Origin: a virus
Taxonomy: Duplodnaviria > Caudoviricetes
Reading direction: 5' to 3' (one strand)
Virus record (IMG/VR): IMGVR_UViG_3300049846_000543
Span: 1-52,435 of that record
Length of the DNA stretch: 52,435 bases
The position numbers and the translations under genes were made by a program. Below the pieces are notes generated by a model. That model was given only the letters and a program-made list of their open reading frames with translations, ran no database searches and had not been told where the DNA came from. Positions 7,426 through 17,673 of this stretch are shown here, piece after piece (within the stretch, counting starts at the first letter, position 1; every line of letters begins with the position of its first letter).

Positions 7426-8718
7426 GTGGTAATGTCAACCGCACTTATTACAGAAGTCCCGACTCCTAGTAAGTGGGATATTATCCCGCTTCATACTTCC
7501 GATCGGGCAACATTTAAGCAATGTAGACGAAAGTGGTATTGGTCGTCTCCTGCACATATGAATCTTATTCCTAAAGCTGCAATTAATGGAGTTTACAAAC
7601 CATTTTGGTTCGGCTCAGGAATACACTATGCACTAGAAAAGTTCTACAATCCACTTCTTAAAGAAGATCCAGAATCAGTATTCGATGCGTGGTTCAATCT
7701 TCAATGGAATGGTGGAGAAATTCACGAACATGAGCTAGAACAATTTAAGGATCGTCTTCCGTATCAGATTGAAGATAAGTGGTTCATTCGTGGTCTAGAG
7801 GAAGTTCTGCCAGATCCATCAGATCCAGAATATGAAGAACTACATCAGACTGGTATGGGTATGATGAGATTCTACAAAGATTATGCAGAACGTAGTGATA
7901 ACTTTGTAGTAGTCTCAACTGAGCACATGTTCAGTGTTCCCATTCTAGATCCTAAAACTAATGATGCTCTCTATATGCCAGACTATAGAGAAATGCCAGA
8001 AGATTGGGAACCATCAGAAGAAGAAAACATATACGGTCCATTAATGCGTTTCAATAAATCACGACAACTGATGAAGCAAGTCCACGCACGCGGTCGTCAG
8101 GACATGATTGTCTATTCAGAGGAAACAGGCAATTATGTTATCTTCGACCACAAAACTGCAAAGACTATAGATGAGGATTACTTCGATCATACAGATCTAG
8201 ACGAACAGTGTACTACATACTTGTGGGCTGCTGAACGAGAAGCAGTCATGTACGATTTGCCTTATAAGAAAATAGCTGGTATTATGTATCAAGCTCTTAG
8301 AAAGGCATATCCGAAACCACCCACAATTATGGCTAGAGGATTGCCATCACTTAATCGTCAGACTGAATCTACAACTCCACAACTCTTTGAACAATGTATC
8401 AAAGAGTTGAATCTGGAGAATTTGTTTAGAACTGATGATAAGATGCAACGGTACTATACGTATCTAGTTGAAAAGGGTGATAAGCAATTTGTTCAAAGAC
8501 ATCCTGTAGAACGCAATGAAAGTCAGAAGCTAAATGCAGGATTGCGTATCTACATGGAAGCACTAGATATGCTTGACAATCCTTATATCTATCCTAATCC
8601 GTCTAAAGATTATTCCTGTCTCAGATGTCCTTTCCGAGCTCCGTGTCTAGCAATTGAGAAAGGCTACGATTATGAAGGGATGATCTCTGACGGATACGAA
8701 TCTAATTTCGACAGATGA
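7426..8718 (+). CDS. Cas4/RecB-like PD-(D/E)xK exonuclease
   Basis: CRRKW, FGSGIHYALE, RGRQD..DHKT, QxxxY, CLRCPFRAPC (4 Fe-S cysteines). Confidence 0.88.
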   Translation: MVMSTALITEVPTPSKWDIIPLHTSDRATFKQCRRKWYWSSPAHMNLIPKAAINGVYKPFWFGSGIHYALEKFYNPLLKEDPESVFDAWFNLQWNGGEIHEHELEQFKDRLPYQIEDKWFIRGLEEVLPDPSDPEYEELHQTGMGMMRFYKDYAERSDNFVVVSTEHMFSVPILDPKTNDALYMPDYREMPEDWEPSEEENIYGPLMRFNKSRQLMKQVHARGRQDMIVYSEETGNYVIFDHKTAKTIDEDYFDHTDLDEQCTTYLWAAEREAVMYDLPYKKIAGIMYQALRKAYPKPPTIMARGLPSLNRQTESTTPQLFEQCIKELNLENLFRTDDKMQRYYTYLVEKGDKQFVQRHPVERNESQKLNAGLRIYMEALDMLDNPYIYPNPSKDYSCLRCPFRAPCLAIEKGYDYEGMISDGYESNFDR

Positions 8719-9050
8719 CAGTTACCATAATAACTGATATTCCTGAAGTAGTAGAGTTACTAGATCAATTTGTAACTCATGATTATTCAGGAGAAGAATA
8801 CGATGATTATTGGTGTATCAGTATCAAACCTCAGAAATGTTTTTGTGGACATATAACGTGTTACGCAGAATGCGGACCACACATAATAGTGATTTGGAAA
8901 GAACGAGACGAACATTCAATCTTGAAGATAGCTGCCTCTTTAAAAGAGAAACTATATAATCCTTATATCACTCAATACAATAGAATTCTAGGTCCCTGTA
9001 TGACGTACGAAGATGCTAAAAAACTAGGATGGGCAGATGGAGTTATCTGA
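8715..9050 (+). CDS. hypothetical protein
   Basis: ATGA overlap in operon. Confidence 0.65.
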   Translation: MTVTIITDIPEVVELLDQFVTHDYSGEEYDDYWCISIKPQKCFCGHITCYAECGPHIIVIWKERDEHSILKIAASLKEKLYNPYITQYNRILGPCMTYEDAKKLGWADGVI

Positions 9051-9270
9051 AATTGAAGCCCTTCTCTCAGAACCGCAGGAATCAAAAGAATATCAATGGC
9101 CTAGAGTAGAACAAAAAGGACCTTTAAGACAGTTTGATAATGAAATGCGTTGTGCTAGTCGTGGATGTAGATCACCCACTCATTTCAAAGTTAAGGGTAT
9201 TCCTTATTGCATGATACATGCAATGAGGAAATTAAACGATATGCTTATAGAACTTGGAGTGGAGGCTTAA
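9037..9270 (+). CDS. small Zn-finger protein
   Basis: CASRGC...YCMIH. Confidence 0.7.
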   Translation: MELSEIEALLSEPQESKEYQWPRVEQKGPLRQFDNEMRCASRGCRSPTHFKVKGIPYCMIHAMRKLNDMLIELGVEA

Positions 9271-9500
9271 TGGGAAAAGCTAAAAGAAACAGAGCTTTAA
9301 GAAGGAAAGCTTTAGAAATCTCACCAAAATATGTTAAGTCACTAGCAAGGAGACTACGAAAAGATGGAAGAAATCCTCACAAAGTCACAACGACAACACC
9401 GAGAAAACCTAGAACGCCAGGCACGGAATCGAGCCAAGCGGAAGCATACACAAGAAGAAAAGATCGAGAGAGACGCAAAGCTAGCAGAAATCAACAATAA
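9270..9500 (+). CDS. highly basic hypothetical protein
   Basis: GGAGG RBS and TAATG coupling; overlaps the next ORF by 137 nt. Confidence 0.45.
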   Translation: MGKAKRNRALRRKALEISPKYVKSLARRLRKDGRNPHKVTTTTPRKPRTPGTESSQAEAYTRRKDRERRKASRNQQ

Positions 9501-9597
9501 GTACATGCCAGCAATTCAAGCTCTACAAGCTGAATACAATGCAGAGAAGAAGAAAGTTTGGGACGAGTGGAGAAAGTCTAGAGAAACGTCGCAATGA
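9364..9597 (+). CDS. coiled-coil hypothetical protein
   Basis: AGGAG RBS; ATGA overlap with the ATPase gene. Confidence 0.6.
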   Translation: MEEILTKSQRQHRENLERQARNRAKRKHTQEEKIERDAKLAEINNKYMPAIQALQAEYNAEKKKVWDEWRKSRETSQ

Positions 9598-10382
9598 CAA
9601 CAGTATCTCTTAGAGAACAACTCAATCTAGATCCTTTGGATAATCTATCCAAGTATCTAAATCTTCTTATTTATGGTCCACCGAATGCTGGTAAGACTCA
9701 CTTTGCAGCAACAGCACAAGATCATAAAGATTTCTCACCTGCACTCCATCTAGGTTTCGAGCAAGGATTGTTAACTGTAGCATATCGTAAGAACTACGAT
9801 GCTAAAGAAATTCGTACAATAGCACAACTAGAAGCAGTAGTAGAACTTCTTGAGGAAGATCAGAAGTCAGCAAAGCCTTACTACAAAACTGTCATAATCG
9901 ACAATGCGACAGAACTACAGTATCTTGATATTGATACTGTTATGCGTGAGGCTAAGAATACATCTAACAATCCTGATCGTATTGATATAGATATCCCTTC
10001 GCCCCGTGAATGGGGAAAGATTGGTAAGCGTCTCAGGAGATGCGTACAAGCATTCCGAGATATGCCTACCCATACAATTTGGACAGCGTGGAGAGGAGAT
10101 TATACAGACGATTCTACTAACATAACTCACTATTTTCCAAAGCTATCCGGATTCATGAAAGTGGAGTTTGCTGGATATTTCGATATAGTGGGATATCTAA
10201 CATCCGACACGAAAGTATCCGGAGATGTATCACAACATATAGGATATCTTCAAACACGGGAAACTAAGCGAGTAGTCGCAAAGTGGCGTAATCGTCCACC
10301 TGAAGTTCCCGATGTAATCGAAGATCCTACAGTCTCATTAATTTGGGACTATGTTCAGAAGTCTCGTATAGCGACTACCTGA
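9594..10382 (+). CDS. Sak4-like AAA ATPase (recombinase)
   Basis: LLIYGPPNAGKT, TVIIDNATEL, WG, FDIVGYL; lies between nuclease and SSB. Confidence 0.85.
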   Translation: MTTVSLREQLNLDPLDNLSKYLNLLIYGPPNAGKTHFAATAQDHKDFSPALHLGFEQGLLTVAYRKNYDAKEIRTIAQLEAVVELLEEDQKSAKPYYKTVIIDNATELQYLDIDTVMREAKNTSNNPDRIDIDIPSPREWGKIGKRLRRCVQAFRDMPTHTIWTAWRGDYTDDSTNITHYFPKLSGFMKVEFAGYFDIVGYLTSDTKVSGDVSQHIGYLQTRETKRVVAKWRNRPPEVPDVIEDPTVSLIWDYVQKSRIATT

Positions 10383-10419
10383 ACGCTTTAACTTAACCTT
10401 AAACACGAAAGGGAATACA

Positions 10420-10911
10420 ATGGGTCTTGGTCTAAATCTCGCTGGTGCTGATCTGTCAGGTAGTGACTTTGAGGCAATTCCTTCCGGTACTTATCATTGT
10501 GCCGTTCAGGATGTTCAGATGAAGGAAACGAAGGGTGGAGAGAACGCAAAGCTCCCAAAGGGCACTCCAATGATTAACCTTCAATTCCGTGTTATGGGTG
10601 GAGAATACGATAATCGTCGTGTGTTCCGTCAGCTTATTATTGCACCGGAGAAAGTCGGTAATAAGAAGTATGAGCACAAGGCTGTAATGGATCGTATTCT
10701 AGGACAGTTCTTCAAGTCACTCGGATACTCAGAAGATGAGATCACTAGCGAGGGGTTTGATCCTGAGCCAGAGGATATCATTGGTCGTGAGCTACTTGTT
10801 GTAGTTTCACAAAAGCAAAAGTACAATGCTCCTGAAGGTGTGATGGATAATGAGGTTAAGGGCTTTAAGGCTCTTAATGCTACTGTCGCATCAGGAAGCA
10901 AGCTGCTTTAA
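10420..10911 (+). CDS. single-stranded DNA-binding protein (DUF669-like)
   Basis: FEAIPSGTY...MINLQFRV..GEYDNRRVF...NEVKGF; synteny with Sak4. Confidence 0.8.
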   Translation: MGLGLNLAGADLSGSDFEAIPSGTYHCAVQDVQMKETKGGENAKLPKGTPMINLQFRVMGGEYDNRRVFRQLIIAPEKVGNKKYEHKAVMDRILGQFFKSLGYSEDEITSEGFDPEPEDIIGRELLVVVSQKQKYNAPEGVMDNEVKGFKALNATVASGSKLL

Positions 10912-10929
10912 GGTAAATAGGAAATAACT

Positions 10930-10963
10930 GAAATGGGCGGCTCTTAACCGGGCCGCCCATTTC
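10930..10963 (+). terminator. hairpin terminator after SSB
   Basis: GAAATGGGCGGC/GCCGCCCATTTC 12-bp IR. Confidence 0.75.
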
Positions 10964-10985
10964 GTATGTCTTATAAAAGGATTAC

Positions 10986-13169
10986 ATGCCAACTGAAGAA
11001 TCTATCCTACGTATTCAATTTTTCGAATACGTCTTTGAAGATGAATCAGGCTATGTGTGTCTTGCTCTTGGTACACCTAGAAAATCTCAGAAGGATGGAT
11101 TCTATCAAGAGTTTTTCAAATGGCCTGAACAAAAACAACAAATCACAGAATTCATTGAAGGTGCTAGAACTAAGAATGTATGGTTTGGCATAAATCTTTT
11201 AGAAAAACCTGAACGAATAAAAGAGAATTGTCAACCTACTAAAATTGTTTGGGCTGATCTAGATGCTTGTCATCCAGATACGATAGAACCACGACCTAGT
11301 GTAGTAATTGAATCATCACCTAATCGTTTTCAAGCATTGTGGAAGCTATCTGAATCAGTAGCTTCTACAGTTGCAGAGGAATACTCTAAAAGAATTTACA
11401 ACCGTTATCGAGATGCAGGTGTAGATTCTGGATGGGCACTCACAAAGTTACTTCGTGTACCATTCACACTTAACCACAAGTACCACAATGCTCCAGATGT
11501 AGTTCTAACTAAAGTAGCTCACGAAGGTCTAGATCCGTCAGTTTTTGAAAATATCATTATTGAAGATCTGTCGGAAGCAGGTATCGAAGATATAGAGATG
11601 CCTGATCTAACAGAGCTTCCAGCAGCGGAATTCGTAATTTATGAATATCGTCATCCGCTTAAAGAAACTTCATTCAAGAATCTCTACTTCTCTGAGCCAG
11701 ATGAAAATTGGTCTGCATCCCTTTGGCAGCTAATTCGTATATGCTTTGAAGTTGGTATGACTCGCGAAGAAGTGTTAGTCATAGCAGCGAGTTCAAAGTG
11801 TAATAAGTACGAAAGAGATAAAAGACCATTACGTCATCTCTGGCTAGACATAGTTAAAGCTAATACGATTGATACTGCATTCGCGGTTATTACGGGAGAA
11901 CTGGATGCCACTCTTGAGTTCCCCACACTCGTAGAAGAAGATGTAAATATTGAGAATTCCTTTCTTCATGAGTATGTTACTTGGGCTAGTTCTGTAACAG
12001 ATGCGAATAAGGAATACCATGAATTGTGCGGAGCTATGTTGCTCTCCATTCTTCTTGCAGACAAATTGCATTTGAATGTATCTTTCGGAAAAATCATTCC
12101 TAACCTGTGGGGACTTATTCTGGGAGAAAGCACTTTAACTAGAAAAACCACAGCAATGGAAATGGTGATGGAGTTCGTATCTGAGATTGATCCTACAGTC
12201 ATTATTGCTACAACTGATTCATCGGCTGAAGGATTGTTAACCGCTTTATCTGCTAGACCATCTCTCGTATCAGTATACTATCGTGATGAGGTAGCAGGAT
12301 TCTTTGATGCAATGGCTAATAAAAGCTACTTAGCTGGTTTGCCAGAAACTCTAACTAAGCTCTATGACGTACCACCTGTTCACGTGAGACAGCTTAGAAA
12401 AGAAACTATCACAATTACTAAACCAGTATTCGTATTCTTTGGTGGCGGAATTCGTGATAGAGTATACGAGGCTGTAAATGAGGATTTCTTCTTCTCAGGC
12501 TTTCTTCCTAGATTTCTTGTAGTCTCAGGTGAAGCAGACATAGATGCAGTCCGATGGATGGGACCAGCATCAGATAACAACAATTCATCAACTGGTAAAG
12601 AAAGCATTAGATCAACTTTAGCTGATATGGTTTCGATGTATAGAACTCAGATCATATCAACTAAGCTACTAGGTCAAGAAGCAACAATAAGCAAAGATGT
12701 AGAAGCTGTACTTACTACAGAAGCTTGGCAAAAAATGCAAGAGATTGAAAGTCTACTTGTGATGACCGCCAATGCGAATGCACGATCTATGATTGCTTTG
12801 CCTACTTTTACAAGATTGTCAGTGAGCATTCTAAAGCTGTCAATCTTGATAGCTGCATCTAGACAGGAACCTCGAGATTTTCAGATAACTGTAGAACTAC
12901 GAGACATAATTGCATCAGCTAGTTTAGTACAGAAATGGGCTACTCACACAGTACACATGATGACCAACGTAGGTACTACTACGTCTGAACGATTAATTCA
13001 GAAGATTCTCAGATCCATAAGAGATCATCCAGGTATGACTAGGGCAGAATGTATGCGTAGACATCACTTGCAATCAATTCCTGCTAAGTCAATATTTGCT
13101 ACACTTGAAGAACGCGGACTCGTACAGATCAAACAATCAGGAAGGGGGTGGAGATTATATCCAATCTAG
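10986..13169 (+). CDS. RepB-like primase fused to DUF3987-type helicase and C-terminal wHTH
   Basis: VWADLD, IESSPNRFQALW, LLRVPFTLNHKY; GESTLTRKTT, DSSAEGL, RDEV, GFLPRF. Confidence 0.85.
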   Translation: MPTEESILRIQFFEYVFEDESGYVCLALGTPRKSQKDGFYQEFFKWPEQKQQITEFIEGARTKNVWFGINLLEKPERIKENCQPTKIVWADLDACHPDTIEPRPSVVIESSPNRFQALWKLSESVASTVAEEYSKRIYNRYRDAGVDSGWALTKLLRVPFTLNHKYHNAPDVVLTKVAHEGLDPSVFENIIIEDLSEAGIEDIEMPDLTELPAAEFVIYEYRHPLKETSFKNLYFSEPDENWSASLWQLIRICFEVGMTREEVLVIAASSKCNKYERDKRPLRHLWLDIVKANTIDTAFAVITGELDATLEFPTLVEEDVNIENSFLHEYVTWASSVTDANKEYHELCGAMLLSILLADKLHLNVSFGKIIPNLWGLILGESTLTRKTTAMEMVMEFVSEIDPTVIIATTDSSAEGLLTALSARPSLVSVYYRDEVAGFFDAMANKSYLAGLPETLTKLYDVPPVHVRQLRKETITITKPVFVFFGGGIRDRVYEAVNEDFFFSGFLPRFLVVSGEADIDAVRWMGPASDNNNSSTGKESIRSTLADMVSMYRTQIISTKLLGQEATISKDVEAVLTTEAWQKMQEIESLLVMTANANARSMIALPTFTRLSVSILKLSILIAASRQEPRDFQITVELRDIIASASLVQKWATHTVHMMTNVGTTTSERLIQKILRSIRDHPGMTRAECMRRHHLQSIPAKSIFATLEERGLVQIKQSGRGWRLYPI

Positions 13170-13468
13170 TGATATTTATAGAATCAGGAACTTATGATGA
13201 TCATTTTGGAGTACGTAGATGTGAAACATGTCACATGATGATAAAGTCAGGTTATCACAGACACGCACGTTCAGTAGTTATTCCTGATTGTGAATCATGT
13301 AATAACAAACTCTCAAACATATTGACTCAAGTTGGAATAAGGCATTATGCCTGTGTAACACCAAAATGTGATATGCAGTATAAAACTGTATTGAAAGTGA
13401 GTCCTAGTGGCGAATTTATTAGAGATCGAAAGACTGCAAGCGATGATGCCGGAGCAGTTAACGATTGA
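13148..13468 (+). CDS. Cys-rich hypothetical protein
   Basis: CETC, CESC, CxxxKC; start uncertain. Confidence 0.5.
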   Translation: MEIISNLVIFIESGTYDDHFGVRRCETCHMMIKSGYHRHARSVVIPDCESCNNKLSNILTQVGIRHYACVTPKCDMQYKTVLKVSPSGEFIRDRKTASDDAGAVND

Positions 13469-13751
13469 TGAATGGAATACTCTAATAGAGTATGAGGAAA
13501 GAAAATGGGAACGTGTAGGAATGACACCTAATGCAATAGGTGTAGATCACTTTACAAGCAACTTACAGCTTCTTGCAGTAATGGATTTTCTTGTAGAAAA
13601 AGGAATAATGACAGAAGAAGAATTTGATAAGAAGTTCTTAAAAAAGAAATACGAAACTCTCAAAGAAATCCGAGAGAATATTCAAGGTGAGATTTTAAAG
13701 CAACGTCTCACACAAGGCATCCATCAACCACTACCACCCATGAGAAAATGA
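13443..13751 (+). CDS. hypothetical protein
   Basis: LVEKGIMTEEEF motif; start shortened from ORF track. Confidence 0.65.
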   Translation: MMPEQLTIDEWNTLIEYEERKWERVGMTPNAIGVDHFTSNLQLLAVMDFLVEKGIMTEEEFDKKFLKKKYETLKEIRENIQGEILKQRLTQGIHQPLPPMRK

Positions 13752-14329
13752 TAATCGGAATTTGTGGATATAAAGGTTCAGGTAAGTCTACAGTAGGTAG
13801 CTTTCTAGTTCAAGACTATGGATTCTATCAAGTAGCTTTTGCAGATAAACTGAAAGATGCTGCAGCTGCACTATTTGGTATATCTAGAGAAGATGTAGAT
13901 AACTTCAAGGAAGTAACTTACGATACAACTGGCAGAACTAAAGGTATGGTAATTCTGCAACAAGAAGTTGAATTCGTTTCAAGAAAAGCCTTCATAGAGA
14001 AAGAAATCACTTGGAGAGAAATCCTTCAAAGACTAGGAACTGAAGTAGGTAGAAATATCTTCGGTGAAGATTTTTGGGTAAATCAGGTAGATATCTCTAA
14101 CCCATTCACAGTGATAACAGACGTTCGATTCAATAATGAAGCAAAGTTCATTATCGATAATGGTGGAGAAATGGTCTATGTTCATAGACCTGGATATACT
14201 TCAGACGGACATCCTTCAGAAGTTCTACCTACTTACAACACTCCTTACAGGTTAATCGTTAATGATGGTACAGTAGAAGAATTATATCGTAAAGTTGGTA
14301 ATATGATGGATCATATTCTAGATGACTGA
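13748..14329 (+). CDS. deoxynucleoside monophosphate kinase
   Basis: IIGICGYKGSGKST, FADKLK, REILQRLGTEVGR, VITDVRFNNE, HPSE. Confidence 0.92.
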   Translation: MIIGICGYKGSGKSTVGSFLVQDYGFYQVAFADKLKDAAAALFGISREDVDNFKEVTYDTTGRTKGMVILQQEVEFVSRKAFIEKEITWREILQRLGTEVGRNIFGEDFWVNQVDISNPFTVITDVRFNNEAKFIIDNGGEMVYVHRPGYTSDGHPSEVLPTYNTPYRLIVNDGTVEELYRKVGNMMDHILDD

Positions 14330-15002
14330 GATTCTAGTACTAGATCATGGATTCGTTAGACTAGAATCCTCTATGGGTGACGATAGAACAATCGTCAATT
14401 CTGCAAGAGTATCGTTCGGCAAACGAACAGAAGTAATGACAGAAGCCGACGAAGCACTCATTAACTATCTAATGAAGAATCGTCATGGCACACCATTCGA
14501 ACATGTGGTGTTCTGCTTTCATGTAAAAGCGCCAATATTCGTATTTCGTGAATGGCAGCGTCATCGTATAGGTTCATTCAATGAGATGTCTGCTAGGTAT
14601 ATGGAATTACCTGGTCAGTGGTATATTCCTGATATCGAGAACGTGCGAAGACGAGTAGGTAAACCAGGACATTACACCTACGAACCAGCACCTAAAGATA
14701 CAGCACAGTTTTTCATAGATGCGCTGGATGATTCTTGTGGTGAATCCTATGATCGCTACAAAGGATTCATAGGTAGCGGAATCGCTCCTGAACAAGCTCG
14801 CATGTTTCTTCATGTAAACCATTACAGTGAAATGTACTGGACAGTGAATGCTCGTAGCTTGATGAATTTCTTATCACTTCGTAATCATGAAACAGCTCAA
14901 TGGGAGATAAGACAATATGCTAAGGTAGTAGAAAAAATCTTCAGAAATGTTATCCCAATAACAGCACTATCTTTTCAACGCAATGAAAGGAAATCACCAT
15001 GA
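14322..15002 (+). CDS. thyX: flavin-dependent thymidylate synthase
   Basis: SARVSF, HGTPFEH, REWQRHRIGSFNEMSARY, LR...AQWEIR. Confidence 0.96.
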   Translation: MTEILVLDHGFVRLESSMGDDRTIVNSARVSFGKRTEVMTEADEALINYLMKNRHGTPFEHVVFCFHVKAPIFVFREWQRHRIGSFNEMSARYMELPGQWYIPDIENVRRRVGKPGHYTYEPAPKDTAQFFIDALDDSCGESYDRYKGFIGSGIAPEQARMFLHVNHYSEMYWTVNARSLMNFLSLRNHETAQWEIRQYAKVVEKIFRNVIPITALSFQRNERKSP

Positions 15003-15160
15003 AGGTTGAAATCTTTAAAGGTACAGATAAGCAATGGTACGTTCGTCTAAAAGCAGCAAACAACAGAACACTCTCAACGAGTGAAGGTTACGTTTCGAAG
15101 TACAATGCAGAACGAGCATCACAAAGAATGTTTCCTGGTCTTCCTATTTTTATAGTGTGA
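14999..15160 (+). CDS. YegP/DUF1508 family protein (53 aa, not in ORF track)
   Basis: MKVEIFKGTDKQWYVRLKAANNRTLSTSEGYVSKYNAERA signature; ATGA overlap. Confidence 0.8.
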   Translation: MKVEIFKGTDKQWYVRLKAANNRTLSTSEGYVSKYNAERASQRMFPGLPIFIV

Positions 15161-15167
15161 GGTTATA

Positions 15168-15359
15168 ATGGAATCTGGAGAACAATACATAAAGAAACTA
15201 GAAGATGAAGTAGCTAATATAGATCTAGGAAGAACATTGTTTAATATTATGAGAGGTGTAAAAGCAGAAGGAGGATCTTTTATGGATTGCGTTGAGGTAT
15301 TCGCAATCTTTATGAAGGCTGGTGAACAAATATCTGAGGAATCTGAGAATGATTCGTAA
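15168..15359 (+). CDS. hypothetical protein
   Basis: GAGG RBS; fills the operon gap. Confidence 0.6.
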   Translation: MESGEQYIKKLEDEVANIDLGRTLFNIMRGVKAEGGSFMDCVEVFAIFMKAGEQISEESENDS

Positions 15360-17673
15360 GCATCCTTTAGCTGAATGTGAAACTTGTCCATTACAAGGAG
15401 AACGGTGTGCTCCCACCAAAGGCCCCACAAGTGCCAAAGTGGCTATTGTTTCTCGTTCCCCTGGCTCTACTGATGTCCGTATTGGAGCTCCTTTTTCTGG
15501 AGCTTCCGGTAAAATTCTCGATCACCTTCTTAGTAGTAATCATTATTCTCGAAGCGATGTTTTGGTTACTAATCTTGTTCTTTGCCAAACGGATGATCCA
15601 CCGAAAGCGGCGATAAATGCCTGTAGAAACAGATTACGATCAGAAATCGAAAACGTCAATACCATCATTGCCTGCGGAAGTGAAGCGGTAAGAGAGTTTA
15701 TAGGTCCAATTGCGATCCAGAAGGCGAGAGGTCTTGAACACAAGAAAGAGAATAAAAGGATTATTGCTACGAATAATCCCGCTGCTGTTTTGTATGATTC
15801 TGATTCTTTTCCTAATTTGGTTGAGGATTTCAAACTCGCTTTAAATCCTCCACCATCAGTTGTTCTTCCGGAGGTTAAAATCTATGATTCGGAGAAGGAA
15901 GCTAAAGCTCTTTTTGATTTTCTATCGAGGCATCAAGGTTTGGTAGCAACGGACCTTGAAGGACATTCCCCACATATCGAATGTGCAGGATTCTCAATTG
16001 AACCCAATGAGGCACATGTTCTAACTAGACGTGCTATTGTACAATCCGAATCCGCCTTTCGAAAGTTCTACGAATCAAAGAAAGACTGGTTGTGGCATAA
16101 CGGAGTCTACGATGTAAAACTTCTAAGACGAAATCAGATTAACTCACGAATAGTACAAGACACATATCCTCTATCATATGTCCTAGACGAAAGGACTACT
16201 GGAGTACACAATCTTGAATACCTCGCTAGAATGCAACTCGGATGGACAAACTACGAACCCGAATCTGTCGAACATTATAAAGATACAGGAGAACTACCGG
16301 AGGACATTACAGAACTATACGAATACAATGGATATGACTGCGCAGCAACTTTACAACTGTACCATATCCTTATCAATAAAGCCAGAGAAGATGAAGTAGA
16401 AGAACTGTACAATCGTTATATTCCAAGACTCAATGCTCTTGTAGATGTTGAGCTTCGAGGATTCTTCTATGATGATATCGCAGCAGCGGACCTGAACGAA
16501 GAAATTGTAATACCTGAGATCCGCAAGCTAAAGAAAGAGATGCAAGAGTTAGTAGGACTTGAGTTTTTCAATCCTGCATCTAATCCACAAACTCAAGCAT
16601 TTGTATATGATACTTGTGGACTAGCTCATAATCTTAAGGATACGAAGAAACGGAAATTCTCGAGGTCGTTCTCAGATCCAGTACGAGTGGAAGTTCTAGA
16701 AGGACGATTCACTTGTAATTCTAAGTACAAGGATAAACTAGTAAAATTTGCAGAGCTACATGACAATTGGTCAGAGATTGACAAACAACGCGGTACTTAC
16801 ATCGAAGGCTTAATTAAGCTAGTAGCACCTGATGGTAAATTATACTGTACGTTCAATCCTTGTGGAACTGTAACTGGTCGATGGTCAGGAAGAACACCTA
16901 ACTTTCAGAATATTACAAGAACTGGTAAGGGTGTAGTTCCTGCTATTCGTACATTGTTCAAGCCTTCACCAGGAAACGTAATCGTATCCGCTGATTTCTC
17001 ACAAGCTGAGCTTAGATGTATTGCGCAATTTAGTGGAGATGTTGAGCTCTCTGCTATTTATCGTGAGTCTACTAGATCACTACACAAAGAGACAGCAGCA
17101 GCTTTCTATGGTGAAGACTACACAAAGGACGAATACGTAAAATCGAAGAACATCAACTTTGGTGTATGTTTCGGACAGTCCGCTTTTGCTTTCGCACAGA
17201 TGTATCATATGCCACAAGAAGAAGCTCAAGCATATATCGACAATTGGTTCAAGAAGTTCCCCACGGTTCTAGAATGGATTAATGAGACAAACAAGAGAAC
17301 CCTACAGGACAACTATCTTACTAATCCGTTTGGACGTAAGCGTAGATTCTATCTGATAACTGAGGAGAACGTAGGAGATACATTACGAGAAGGTGTCAAC
17401 TTCCTACCCCAATCTACAGCAGCAGACTTTACGATCGAAGCACTACATAAGCTTAATACTGAAGGTGTACCGATAATCTCTACAGTCCACGATTCAATAA
17501 TCGCAGACGTACCACAAAACGAAGCAATGGATGTAGCACTCTTAATGAAAAAAGTAATGGAAACACAACCCAAAGAAACTATCGGATGGGATCTACCATT
17601 CAAAGTTGATATCTCAATGTCAGATATTTCATGGGGACACGTAGAAGAAATAGAATTGGAGATTGCAGTATGA
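15349..17673 (+). CDS. polA: family A DNA polymerase with N-terminal UDG-family-4-like domain and 3'-5' exonuclease
   Basis: CETCPL..PG..PFSGASG (UDG-like); DLEG, WHNGVYD, YNGYD (exo); TGR..PNFQNI, ADFSQAELR, KNINFG, VHDS; start at ATG15349 behind GAGGA. Confidence 0.95.
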   Translation: MIRKHPLAECETCPLQGERCAPTKGPTSAKVAIVSRSPGSTDVRIGAPFSGASGKILDHLLSSNHYSRSDVLVTNLVLCQTDDPPKAAINACRNRLRSEIENVNTIIACGSEAVREFIGPIAIQKARGLEHKKENKRIIATNNPAAVLYDSDSFPNLVEDFKLALNPPPSVVLPEVKIYDSEKEAKALFDFLSRHQGLVATDLEGHSPHIECAGFSIEPNEAHVLTRRAIVQSESAFRKFYESKKDWLWHNGVYDVKLLRRNQINSRIVQDTYPLSYVLDERTTGVHNLEYLARMQLGWTNYEPESVEHYKDTGELPEDITELYEYNGYDCAATLQLYHILINKAREDEVEELYNRYIPRLNALVDVELRGFFYDDIAAADLNEEIVIPEIRKLKKEMQELVGLEFFNPASNPQTQAFVYDTCGLAHNLKDTKKRKFSRSFSDPVRVEVLEGRFTCNSKYKDKLVKFAELHDNWSEIDKQRGTYIEGLIKLVAPDGKLYCTFNPCGTVTGRWSGRTPNFQNITRTGKGVVPAIRTLFKPSPGNVIVSADFSQAELRCIAQFSGDVELSAIYRESTRSLHKETAAAFYGEDYTKDEYVKSKNINFGVCFGQSAFAFAQMYHMPQEEAQAYIDNWFKKFPTVLEWINETNKRTLQDNYLTNPFGRKRRFYLITEENVGDTLREGVNFLPQSTAADFTIEALHKLNTEGVPIISTVHDSIIADVPQNEAMDVALLMKKVMETQPKETIGWDLPFKVDISMSDISWGHVEEIELEIAV

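Noticed and set aside
7426-8718. Cas4-like gene as evidence of a CRISPR system
   Set aside because: Sits in the standard nuclease-Sak4-SSB recombination module; no array or other cas genes
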